This document shows positions 51,990 through 64,000 of a stretch of 64,000 bases of DNA, piece by piece. Position 1 is the first letter of the stretch, and each line of letters begins with the position of its first letter. This DNA comes from Octopus vulgaris (taxonomy: Eukaryota), in contig OX597815.1 of NCBI GenBank assembly GCA_951406725.2, positions 85,932,001 through 85,996,000 of the forward strand, read 5' to 3'. The notes beneath the pieces are model-generated. The model was not told the origin of the DNA and searched no databases. It worked only from the letters and a program-made list of their open reading frames with translations. The position numbers were made by a program, and so were the translations under genes.

Positions 51990-53530
51990 AAACATATTTC
52001 TCGAGTTTTTGGATCCGAGACAATGGTGCAAATCCTTTTAGCTAAGTTGAAGAGGTGGTGTGTTTTGGGTGGCATGAACTGAAGAGGAGGTATTGTTGTG
52101 AGTCTGTAGGTTTGTGGAGGATGTCGGTTGTGATTTGGCTGTTAGGTGTTTTTATAATTAGGGTATCAAGAAAAGGGAGGTGATGTTTGCTGAATTCCAT
52201 AGTGAATTGAATGTTGGATGTATGTTGTTAAGTATGGTTTTGAATTCCAGAAGTACCGCGATGGGTACCAAAGCTGCACCAGTCCTTGCGAACATCATAA
52301 TAGGTTTCTTCGAACTATCACTTTATGAGATATCACGACAGAAATTTGGACACCTTTTCCACATCTACTTAATGGAAAACTGGAAAAGATACCAAGATGA
52401 TTGTTTCATCACATGGAAAGAATCTTATGAAAAACTACCCAACACAGTAGCACATCCAACCTCAAAATATTTCCATATATTTCCACCCACAATCCCCAAA
52501 ATATCGAAGTTTGCACCACAATCATACAAAATCACCTCTTATTGTCCACTGACTAAAAAATGACTAATATTATCAATACACATAAAATCCATAAATGCAA
52601 AATGCAACATAAATCATTGAAAAAACTCTTAACAAATGCCAAACATCACACACCACATCCACTCCCATCAGTTAAAAAATGTGCACGCCCTAACTGTGGT
52701 ACCTGCGCCTTCCTAATTGAAGGCTCTGAATTTACATTCAAACAAGGAGCAAAGTTTAAAATCAAGACCAACTTCTCCTGTTCCTCCGAGAACCTCATTT
52801 ACGTTATTACATGCGTCGGTTGCCAACACAATTATATCGGACAAACGAGCTCTCCTTTACGCAGAAGAGTAGCAGTCCATAAAGAACAGATAAATCTCCC
52901 ACAATACCGTCAAATTCCACTCAGTAACCACATAGACGATTGTGCTGGAAATAAAATTCCCAAATGTCCTATATTCCCTTTCTATCAATGTAAAAAACAG
53001 AATCTCTACACAAGAAAAAGAAGGAGAATCTTTTTATTGAAAAATTCCAAATGCGTCTTAATAAGCAAAATCCACGATGACCGTATTCCCTTTTCTAACA
53101 TCCTGTCTGACAAAAAATAGATATAAGCATCCTGTTTGAGAAAAAATCGAGCATTCCAATTAAAAAGAATATAATCCACTAATTTCTCCCCTTATTCACA
53201 GGGACTAACTCCTATCCCATTTCCAGTTTTGACAAATAAGCATCCAACCTTTTCAAACAAAACAATACATTTAAACATAAGCATCCTAATCCTCCAAAGA
53301 AGTTTTTCCAAGGACAAATATTGAACTCTAAAAGCATAAAGACACTACATTGTATTGGTATACTTATTTATTAATTTTTGTATATATTAATTATTAAAAA
53401 AAAAAAATTGTAAATTTCTTTTTTCCTCTTCCTCAATTTAAAAAACTATTTTCCCCGCTTCCAAATCTTGAACATTTGCCTTGCAATGAAAGCTGATTCG
53501 ACTTCTTTATTAATTTTTCATACACCCATC
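51990..53530 (+). mobile_element. Rearranged Neptune-like Penelope element (RT + Cys linker + GIY-YIG)
   Basis: TAMGTKAAP, WKRYQDDCF, FPYISTHNP, C...NCGTC and CSSENLIYVITCVGCQHNYIGQT...RR...H. The RT thumb (FTMEF..LPFLD..HKPTDSQQYLLFSSCHPKH) is on the minus strand at 51990-52254. Confidence 0.9.
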
Positions 53531-53544
53531 TTTATTAAAATTTA

Positions 53545-53612
<68 letters not shown>

Positions 53613-53625
53613 CATATATACATAC

Positions 53626-53676
<51 letters not shown>

Positions 53677-54216
53677 TACTTCCTATGTTCTTCGTTATAT
53701 ATTTTAACAATTACTGGTATTTTTATATATGTAAAGTATAATATGTTATACATGTATGTATATTGTTATAATTGTTTTTTTAAAAATAAATATACATAAT
53801 ATAATGTCTAAAGATTGATGAATACCATCTCTTGATCCCCTACATTTTCTTATTGCCATGTATATATATATATATATATGTACGTATATATGTATGTATA
53901 TGCGTGTGCATGTATATACATGCATATGTATGTATTCATATTTTATGTTCAAATCACTAAGCATAAATCGAAACTGAAAATAATTTAATATCGCAATGCA
54001 CCATTTGATGTCTACACACCAAGTAAAAGCACGCGTGCACATGCACACACGCATACAGGCAGTCACAGAGGCACACACACACATACACAATGTATATGCG
54101 TGAGTACACAGAGGAAAGCACTCCAAAAATTTTATTGCTGTTACATTTTTTAATAACAGTTTAATTCAGCTTCACACACTGTGGCTGAGACTCCAAAAGT
54201 GTTATAAAATTATATA

Positions 54217-54815
54217 TGATCTGAGAACATAAACTTTTTGTGGAGAATGGCGATTTGACGTCTATATCTAGCATGTTGACTGTCCACTTTTCGTGTGCAG
54301 TCCTTAATTGGTATATATAAATATTTTAATCTTCGGATTCTTTCTTTAATATGCTAGACCACTGGTTCTAATTGATAAATATCAATTTTTACCCTAAATT
54401 TAATTTTATAAATATTTGTTCTCTAACCGATAAATTAACTGCTGCTAACTATTAGCTGCAGGCTAGTTTTCTCGGGTCTCATCGCGCCAAAAGTAAAGGC
54501 ATTTGAAATATATATTTCAAATGTAATAGGCCGGACTCCATGCACGCGATATTTTGGTGTCGTGTTGGCATTTAGTCCAGCAAATTACATTTTATATGGG
54601 ACCATGCTGATGATGCTGCACTTTTCCTTGCGGAAAATAACAGCTGAAACTAAATTTAGTACATGGTTAAATATTTATTTCGTATATTTTTCACTTGTTT
54701 ATTGCTTTGGTTTTGTTGAGTTTGATCTGAGAACATAAACTTTTTGTGGAGAATGGCGATTTGACGTCTATGTCTAGCATGTTGACTGTCCACTTTTCGT
54801 GTGCAGTCCTTAATT

Positions 54816-54822
<7 letters not shown>
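54217..54822 (+). mobile_element. Tandem PLE pLTRs, family B
   Basis: 54217-54317 is repeated directly at 54723-54822, with a hammerhead between the two copies. Confidence 0.8.
54601..54667 (+). ncRNA. Type I hammerhead ribozyme
   Basis: accatg-CTGATGA-t-gctg-cac-ttttcc-ttgc-ggaaaa-taa-cagc-t-GAAA-ctaaatttag-TA-catggt. It has a 6-bp stem I, a full core and the palindromic stem III ACTAAATTTAGT. Predicted cut after 54661. Confidence 0.85.
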
Positions 54823-54890
<68 letters not shown>

Positions 54891-54949
54891 GTATATATAT
54901 ATATGTATATATGTACATGTATATTTATACGTATGTATATACATATATA

Positions 54950-55343
54950 TCACTCAGCGAACTATTACGGATTCTCTATCTGAACTTCCTACTACACTTC
55001 AGCTGTACCTCTCCTGCCCATGGATTACACTGGACTCCTCTGTAGATGAAAAAATCGCTCCAATACACCACGACGTTCGAAGCTTTTGAACCTTTGAACT
55101 TTTCGTAAATTTTAATACTTTCTAAAATTTTTTTTGCACTTTCTGCTTTCTCCTATTGCCGTCTATAGATCGCTAGCCACTACACATTCTTTATTTTCTA
55201 TCCTTGTTTCTTTCTGTGTTCCTTTCTGTGGAAGAGCGTAGGCTCGAAATGTTAAAGATGTTTTCACTTCCCGAGCGTTAAACTAATACATCTGTTTGTT
55301 GTTTACACCACATGTCTTCGTCTTTTTTGTGAATTTCCCCCCT
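54950..55343 (+). mobile_element. PLE pLTR, family D, with a hammerhead-like motif at 55222-55257
   Basis: cttt-CTGTGGA-a-gagc-gtag-gctc-GAAA-tg-TT-aaag. Homologous to 22990-23176. (TA)n flanks. Confidence 0.7.
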
Positions 55344-55361
55344 ATATATATATATACATAA

Positions 55362-55402
<41 letters not shown>

Positions 55403-56992
55403 GTGTAAGTTTGTGTGTTGTTTGCATATTAATAAGATTACGACATTCCTGGATAAAGCAACTGGCATAGACTGTTGTATGTGCATCAATAAATAAATTT
55501 ATTAATATACATACAACATGTTTACCATTGCTCCAACTGACCCTTATTTATCCTTGTACACCTCCCATTCTATCAACTTCCTTACTTGCATCTTATGTTC
55601 CACTTAGTCTTTCCTGTTAAGGGAGCGTTTTCACTCCAACACCTATCTCAAAACCAATATATACCGACCAAATTCACTGTTTCTAAAACATTCCTTATTT
55701 GATGATGATGATGATGCTTTTTGACTTTTCGCTTTGCTGAAATATCACTGAGTATATTGAATGAATATGGATAAATACATTTGTATATACATGTATGCAT
55801 GTATGTATGTATGTATGTATGTATGTATGTATGTATGTATGTGGCTGTGCGTATGCATATCTGTGTATTCATATTCACTGAAATACACATACATATATAT
55901 ATGTGTGTGTGCGTGTATGTGTGTATGTATGTGTTGATAACGACCAGGCTTTGTGCCAAAATTTGAAACCAATAAATACGAATATATATATGTGAATGTA
56001 CAAATATACAAGTATGCATACAAACCAACTCATACATACACACTCAAATATGTGTGTGTGCGTGTGTGTGTATATATATATATATATACATATTCTGATA
56101 AATAGACAGATAAATAGATAGGTAGGTAGATAGATAGATAGATAGATAGGGTTGCTAGATGCAACTGCCAAATATTTCCAATTACCACCCCATCGCCTGT
56201 TGAAAGGCAAGTAAGCTAATATTGAATAATATTGTCTGAAATCAATTATGTCTGAAAAGAATTATAGCTTCAGCTAGAACAGCTAGAATGCCAAACTTCT
56301 ACTTGATCTGGGAGATAAACAGCACAAGACAGAGAGCATTGGTGTGATAAACAAAATGCAAAGTTCAGATCCAATGGGATAGGAACTCAGAAACAGAAAA
56401 ATACTGCAAGCTGATACATCCACACTTGTCAATCCATATCCGTGTTCTACAATAAAATCCAAATGGGAATGTTTTTCTCAATTCCAATAAGAAGAATTCA
56501 GTTAAGTAATGTAATGGTTTTGCCTACTCTATGTAGTTTTCTAGGAAGATATAAAGAGAAATCTCTGATTACATAATTAGCGTTGATTACATTAAGCATC
56601 TGTAATATTTTTCAAATAAATTCACTCGATTATAATCTGCTTCCATAAAAATCCAACTGTCTGGTTTAAATAATTTTATTAATTTGTTTTGTTTTCGCTC
56701 ATTCGAATATAATTATATAAAAAAAATGATTTTAAAATTTCGTATTAAATATTAATGTTAAAATTGATGCTAAAATTGATGGTAATCTTCCCAATAATTA
56801 TAATGTTGATAAATTTATTTTTCTCTGTTCCATTTTGCCTGATCAATAAAACAAATATTCTTACTTACGATTCAATTTCATCTATCATCTATTTATCTAT
56901 CTATTTATTTATCTTTCTATCTATCACACAACACACAAATACACTCACATACAAACACACATACACATACATATACAAATATATATATATAC

Positions 56993-57034
<42 letters not shown>

Positions 57035-60000
57035 ATATATACATACATACATACATACATATATATATACATACATACATACATATATATATGTGTGTAC
57101 GTACAAATACAAATGTAATCCAAATAAGAAGAGAGGGAAAGACTTTAAACACATCTTTAATGATTAGTTACAATTGTTTCTGTACCATATCTGCTTTCAA
57201 CATCTTTCACGCAAAAGTTCAAAGAGAAACTTTACGTAATATTTGCGGTTTTAGACATCAGAGTGGCAATTCCTTAGACCTGCATCAAAGGTGTACTTTT
57301 ACGTTGTGCGCTTGCTATTTTTTATCTTTTGCTTAGAATCGAGAGGAACCAAAAATCAAATAACAATAAAGCCGCGAATATCAAATTTTCACTTCGAACT
57401 TTTTCGTGAACCGGTACTGAAAGCATAGATAATGCAAAAACAATTGTAACTGATCATAAAAGATGTGTTAAAATCTTTGTTTGTCTTCTTATTCGATTAT
57501 ATTTTACTTTTCGGTAAACACACGCGAGGGTCATTCAGAATTTTATACACCTGAAGAATTTCGGTTTTAGTCTGGATTCTGAGAGCGTTGATAGCCCAGA
57601 ACTCGAGCTGGGTGTTGCATTCGAAATTACGTAATCATTCGAACTGTTAGAAATATCACTCAAGATTTTCCTTCTTTGGATAATGAGGATTTAGGTGCCA
57701 TGAAGATAGGGAAAAAACAAACATGATGCATTTGAATAGAATGCCTTTGGTCACAGATCAGCAAGATCAAGGACAGCTTTGGGCTAAAGAAAAATCATAA
57801 CAACAACAAACACGAAAACAACGTCTACTTCTATGTAGACTTAAATGTCTACGTTGCAGATATGAGTTTAGCGGGTAAAATTCTTTTTCGTTCTGTCTTC
57901 AAAATAATAGAAACATAATTTGAATTAGAATTATCAACATTTTAACATGATCCGGGCTCAAATCAATGCATAAGAAACACTGCGAACGATTAGAACACTC
58001 CTCAGATTCATAATGGTACCGTTATTTAGTCCAGTGATATATTTAATATCGTGACGACTTCTTGGTACGAAATATCCTATATTATTTCTATTTCTAGGTC
58101 ATTACTGAACCTCTTAATTGTTTCTCTTAATGACCAGGCTTTATTGGTTTCTCTCGTAACAACTTATAAAATGACAACTAGATTCATTAGTTGCAATACT
58201 TTAATTTCAAAAACAAATGGATATCGAATATTTTCATAGTACATCTTCATGATGGAATACAACATAAACACCTCCTACCAAAAAAGAAAATGTAATAAAA
58301 CATCGAATGTAATAATCTGATATAATATTCTGATATAATTTGAAGTGTATTTTATACATAAACGACAGGGAACGAAGCCTTATATTCTACGATATATTTT
58401 TAGATCAAGATAGCAAAAACTGACGCAGTTTTCTTTCACTTTCATTTTACTTGATATCTATTCAAGGGAATTCATTTTTGTTTTTGCATTTTGATATTTG
58501 AAGTAAAAGAGATTACAGATCGATAAGGTTCTCAAAATATTATTGATTATTTCTAACGTTATCATTTTTTTTTGTCACGTTTTCCTCCCACATGTCGAGT
58601 TTTAAGATTGTAGGTGGAAATATTAAAGAAATAACTTAAAGTAAAACGCAGAACTGAATTCTATATAACGTGCTAACAATGGAAAATGTACTTACAATAA
58701 TAACTTGAATTTATGATGGCTATGTGTATGGAAATACGGTACTATGTAAGTGTGTGCACGCACGCACACACACACGCGCACACACATATACACACACAGC
58801 CATTCAGAACACGTACACACAGTGATACAGAAATCCCATTAACATTTAAATGACATGAAATTTTAGCATTTTTAAGTTGTAACAAATGTGTTTCTATGCA
58901 TTGTTAATATTGCCGTTGCTATTTTATTTAAAATATATTATAATATAATGTATTCTTTTGTATATTTTAGAAACATATCAAAAGATGAGAAAACAGTCAT
59001 TGTCCTAAAAACGATAACTTGTTTATTCAATTGTGTAACCATGCGTTGTTCATCTGAACGTAGTGATCCGGAGAGTTGGCAATATCGACTGTAGAGCAAC
59101 GGATCAGTAAAAGTGGGGTGAGTTTAGAGGGTGTTGAATGTATGTAGTTGGGGAGTTGAGTGGAAAAAGTGATGAGAATATGAGATGTGTAAGTGAGGGA
59201 TAAAGTGAAAAAGTAATGAAACGAATGTTAACAAACTCAACTGACCTCAGTTGAAGTAAAATAGGAACATTAATTAAAAGTCTAAACTCTTAAACGGTGG
59301 ACATCATCAATTGATGTTCCAATAATTATACATTGATATAGCCATCAACAAAGGAATGTTTTACGGTACATTTTAATAATGAGATTGTAAAATTTATTGT
59401 GCGAGAGATTAACACCTATAATTTTATATTTCTTTAATGTGGAAATAGTAATGAAAATTATTCTTAAGAAAAAGAGAGATCTTTTGTTTATTGCCCGTTT
59501 GGCACACATTCATGTACCTCTTTCCCATTGTTTAATGATTTAAACCCATTCGAGGACGGGATGGTCATAGTGGGAATATCTTTGGTCAACGTCTTCTTAA
59601 TAATTGTTGACCTAAGTCTGAATGCTGCCATTTAAGGAAAGGCATATTGTGCAACTTAGTCTGAGATAACGACGCCTGTCGAAAATAAGAGAGATAATCA
59701 TATATAGAATGCCTTTGATCACAGATCTGAGGGATGAAGCGTGATTTGGGACTAAACAGCTATAAACTTCTTTCTTTTGTGTTCATAAATCTGACATCTT
59801 CCTGTGTCACAGGGCATTCATCGATTGGAACGATGTGCTATTAAGTAACTATCACCAAAATTCAAACAGCAGGAGTGTATAACACTCCTGTACGTACACT
59901 GTACTTAGATTTTCTCTATATTAATTATAAAATGATTTGGTTTGGAGAAAGAATCTATGCTATTATTATACACACTCACATCGAGGACTGGTGAGATTGA

Positions 60001-60649
60001 CGCAGATTTTGAAACTCCTTTCCCGAAATGAAGTGATTAAGTGCGGTTATTTGGATGTTGACGTTTAGGTGCGGCTGATTGTGTATTCAAGCTTCTTTGG
60101 CGATAATAAATTTTGGCACTTGAAGCAAGCACACTGAAGCAAGCGAGCGTAAATATTCAAACACAGAGTGAGACAGTGGCATTACACACACATACAAAGA
60201 TAACTATATGCTAACGTAGAAAAACACAGAGAGAAAGAGAGAGAGGGGAGGAGATAGAGAAGAAGGGGGAAAGTTAGGGAGAGAGAGAGATGGGGAGGGC
60301 AAATGGTGAGACGATAGAAATATCAAAACATCTGAGTTAGCAACGCGAAGAAAAGCGGCGACAAAACAGTAGAACCCAAATGCCTCATTCCCTTTCATTC
60401 TATATCAGCAAAGTGGCGGCTAAAAGAAAACTACAGACAGAGAGGAAATCCCAGAAAGTTCACAATCTCCACATAATGGTTATTGCAGGACTTACGGGTA
60501 AACGCAATATAGGACAAGAGGCGTGGAAAGACAATGCCTGAGCGGTGATGGAACAATGCCAAGCGAAAGCTAGAAGTAGTTATTACAGTTGCACATAAAG
60601 GCAAAGAAAGGCAAGGTTTTTTTTTATCTATTTTAAAAATTTATCTTAT

Positions 60650-60834
60650 CCTTTGGTCTGCGGCCATGCTGGTGTGTCATCTTGAATTGACCTCTGTATT
60701 TATTTTTGTCAAAAGTCTAATACCTATTCTATTAATCTATTTTGCCGAAAAGCTAAGCTACGGGAACGTATACAAATCAACGCCAGTTGTCAAGAGGTGG
60801 GAATGGGTTGCAATAACAGATGTAAAGCCACTCA

Positions 60835-60902
<68 letters not shown>

Positions 60903-61075
60903 TATACTTACAACGAGCTTCCAATCACTAACCATTTTCCAAATTTACTCACAAAGTATTGGCCGGCCCGGAGCGATAGTAGAAGACACTTATCCAAGAT
61001 GCTACGCCGTGTGCTGAGTCCGAACCCATATAGATGGAAAGCGATGTTCTTACCTACACAGCTATGCCAGCGCCT
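60650..61075 (-). mobile_element. SINE family 2 copy with an internal (CA)n
   Basis: ctgcggccatgctgg...gttgtcaagaggtgg...agaagacacttatccaag matches 13698-14200. Confidence 0.7.
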
Positions 61076-62579
61076 ATATGATTCAGATATTTTTGATTAT
61101 TAGTCTTCTCGATAATTACTAACATGCAGCTAAAAACAACAGTAAGAGTAAAAACACTAAATGCATAGATGGAGTACAAAAAATAAAATCTACTCATATA
61201 GAGATGTTAATTGAATGGAAAATGTAAAAGGAAAAAATATATATATTTGTATGTTTGACATTCACTAGTTGTTTGCTGGTTCAATAGAAATATCACGTTT
61301 ATATTCGGACGCAGGATGAACACATATGTACATAAGTTGTTGAGAGATATAAGCTTGGCTGCTTGTCTTTGTTGTTTACGTTGGTACCGTAGAATTGTAT
61401 TGGATTAGACTCATCCATTGTTAAGAAAGATGTAAATCAAAGTAAGCGGTTACTCACTCTCTCTCTCTCCCTCTCGCTTGCAAGGAAGGATATATTAATT
61501 GAATATGAAACCTTCCACATGAAAAATATTGAAAAGAAATTGTAATTTAAACAACTGCAATATATAAATAAAGATCTTGTGTATGATTTGATAGAATCGT
61601 CATTATCTATTTAACAATGGAGGTCTGCACACCCATTCTACAAACACTTTCATTACATATACAGATAAATATGCATACATACACATACATACATATTCAT
61701 ACGCACACACGCACGCACTCACGCACACTTATGGTATATATCGGTATATATGCAGAAACATGCGCATAGATTTCTATTTATGTATGTGTAAATGTGTATA
61801 CGTTAACATACACGGAAACGGTTCATAGAAGTAAAATATTCATTATTATTTGAAAATAGAATGTAAATTAAAAAATTATTTATTTTGTTCTGAAGCGCTA
61901 AGATCCTTCTATCTAATGTTCACCATCAGTTGCCCTTACATTACAATTTTGGTCTCTAGTATATATATATTTTCTGCAAGGGAAAACTACGTCAAATTTG
62001 CAAACCAATAACTTTCTCATTAATTTTACGGCCTTGCTATTGCTACATCTACTACTCACACAGAAAGGAAGTTAAATGTCCTGCTCATGGAGTCAACAGG
62101 ATGCCAATAACAGCTTTAAACCAACTACGATAACTATCTCTCCCTCCTCATTCTTTCACATTTATAGTTACCGCTATCAATTTGGGCAATCCTGGATATC
62201 TTTGTTGTTAATTCCTTTGTCAACTCTAATCATACAACAGAGTTGAAGATGTGACATCCATTTGTTGTAGATTATCTACGTCTACTTTCTATGTTATATA
62301 CGTTCCTTTTCATTCATGGCAATTATTGTCTTTCCATGACGTATCTTGGAATACGATCCATAATGAATTCTTTTCTTTTTGAAAACAGTAATTTATGGTA
62401 TGTGTATACACACACACACACACGCACACACACATCTCGACGAAGATGATGTGTGAGTGTTCAGTTTTTGCACTCTGCACAAACTATTCGTTTATATTGA
62501 TCGAATCTACCTGCTGTACATCACCTCATTCCTTACATTAAATAGACTTTGCGTGTAAGTGACTACAAATAGAATATTT

Positions 62580-64000
62580 CCAATTTTATCTTTGCAGGGA
62601 TTGAGATGGATTGTCTGTAACTTAGGGATTGGGATTTCTTTTGGTGTGGCTATGGCATTATTTTTTAATATTTTTATTCCCTGAGAACTATTCTTAGTCC
62701 TCTCTCTCTCTCCTATTAGTCTTCTTTCTCTTTCTCTCTCTACATGAATTTATAACTATTGAGTACAGATTTCTTACCGTCTTATATATAATATTTCTTT
62801 TAATATGGGATGTATCTAAATATCTAAAATTTAAGTATTGGTCTGTGTTCGTGTCTTTGCTGTATGGATAGGTTATAATTGTTTTATTATTTTTAATTAC
62901 CAAAATTCCCTATAACGAAAGTTGTCTTTCATTAATTTCCACGGTGAATTGCTTTGATTAGCGAAAACACTTTATTAACTTAAATCATTTTGTACGGTCC
63001 TCCCTACTTCTGTTCAAGTAAAATATGAAGTTCTAAACTATTAACTTTTATCCAGTTTTCTTTTTAAAAGTATTGGAAATGCTCGTGGAAGAATGGATAT
63101 TTCCCTACGAGGAATCCGATCACTAGTGCTATAAATGTGGGTGCAAATATCGTGTCCATTACAAGCAATATTGATTATCCAAGTAGAAGTAGCTGTTCTC
63201 CAGCACCAATTGTAATCCTTCTCGTATAAACTGTTTTGAGAATCTCTCCTGAATTATGTGCGGGTGTTTGCCTAATAAGAATTCCACTGTATCTAATCTC
63301 AATCCCCCAGGCAATGTTTGTGTAGAGGCTAGTCACGTTGAAAGTGACCAAATTCAGTGCTCTACTTACTCGTTTTAGAAACTTTATTTAGGTAGTACAT
63401 AATTGATCTAATCTGGTATGAATTATTGAACTTCTGCCTTTTTTGTCTACGTCTGAAGAATTTTGGATTGTCTCCTTTTAATTATTTCGTGATCCGACAT
63501 GTAAATTATTACGGAAGGAGATACAGTTCTTTGTGCTGTTGTGAAGTTGTATATTTTAAAGATTTTTATGCTCTATTTTTAGTTTTCACTTATTTTGTTC
63601 CGTAATTGGCCCCCATGCACCTGGAATTTCTGCTTCTATATTTGGTTTAGTTTCCCCAATTTGTATATCGATTTTCCATAAGTCTAATTTTTTTCTTGCG
63701 TTTTTTCTACCATTTATTCGATGATTTCCTCTTACATTATAGAGTAGAAAGTTTTGGCATTCAGGTACTCCAGGTCATAGTATGATGATTTCCACATCAA
63801 ATGTTTGAAGTGGGAGAGTTATTCCTATTTTAGTTTCCTCATATGATTTTGATCTTACATTCTCAACACTGAATTTATGCGGAAAAATAACTTGCTCATA
63901 GTTTTTCTATTCTTAGTATGTATCAGCAAGATGTTTCTTCGTAAGTGACTTGCGGTGTGAAAGTTTTCCGTAACTTAATTTATTCCACGTATTTTTCACC
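62580..64000 (-). mobile_element. Degraded Penelope-like RT, running off the window edge
   Basis: The minus strand gives LVTFNVTSLYTNI (motif A, about 63310-63355), VMDTIFAPTFIALVIGFL (motif B, about 63105-63165) and YSKDTNTDQYLNF...HIKRNI (thumb). Confidence 0.8.

Noticed and set aside
59060-59900. Small hairpins tgatccg...cggatca and caggagtgt-ata-acactcctg
   Set aside because: They are short, single-copy and compatible with chance. They are too short or bulged for a pre-miRNA call.

Overview
AT-rich, microsatellite-dense eukaryotic DNA. The SINE families and repeat style point to a coleoid cephalopod, most likely Octopus (inference). There is one clear host gene: a 398-aa 5-HT4-like aminergic GPCR on the minus strand (44191-45387). 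It lacks both class A activation tyrosines (Y5.58 and Y7.53) and has candidate alternative C-terminal exons. The rest is mobile DNA: two RTE LINEs (one with a twin-priming-type 5' inversion), R4/Dong 3' ends in (TAA)n, CR1-like and Zn-finger LINE ends, Tc1/mariner relics, a non-autonomous Helitron, many tRNA-derived SINEs, and three coding Penelope-like element (PLE) fragments. The most striking signal is non-coding. About ten short insertions in (TA)n share one fold-back design: arm + inverted arm + 60-100 nt tail. They belong to several PLE pseudo-LTR families. These and neighbouring pLTRs carry at least eight type I hammerhead ribozyme motifs: near-canonical, long-stem-II with compensatory changes, and recurrent core variants (A6U, U16.1C). 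Most ORFs in the supplied track are microsatellite artefacts. All alignments and folds were done by eye, and repeat boundaries are approximate.
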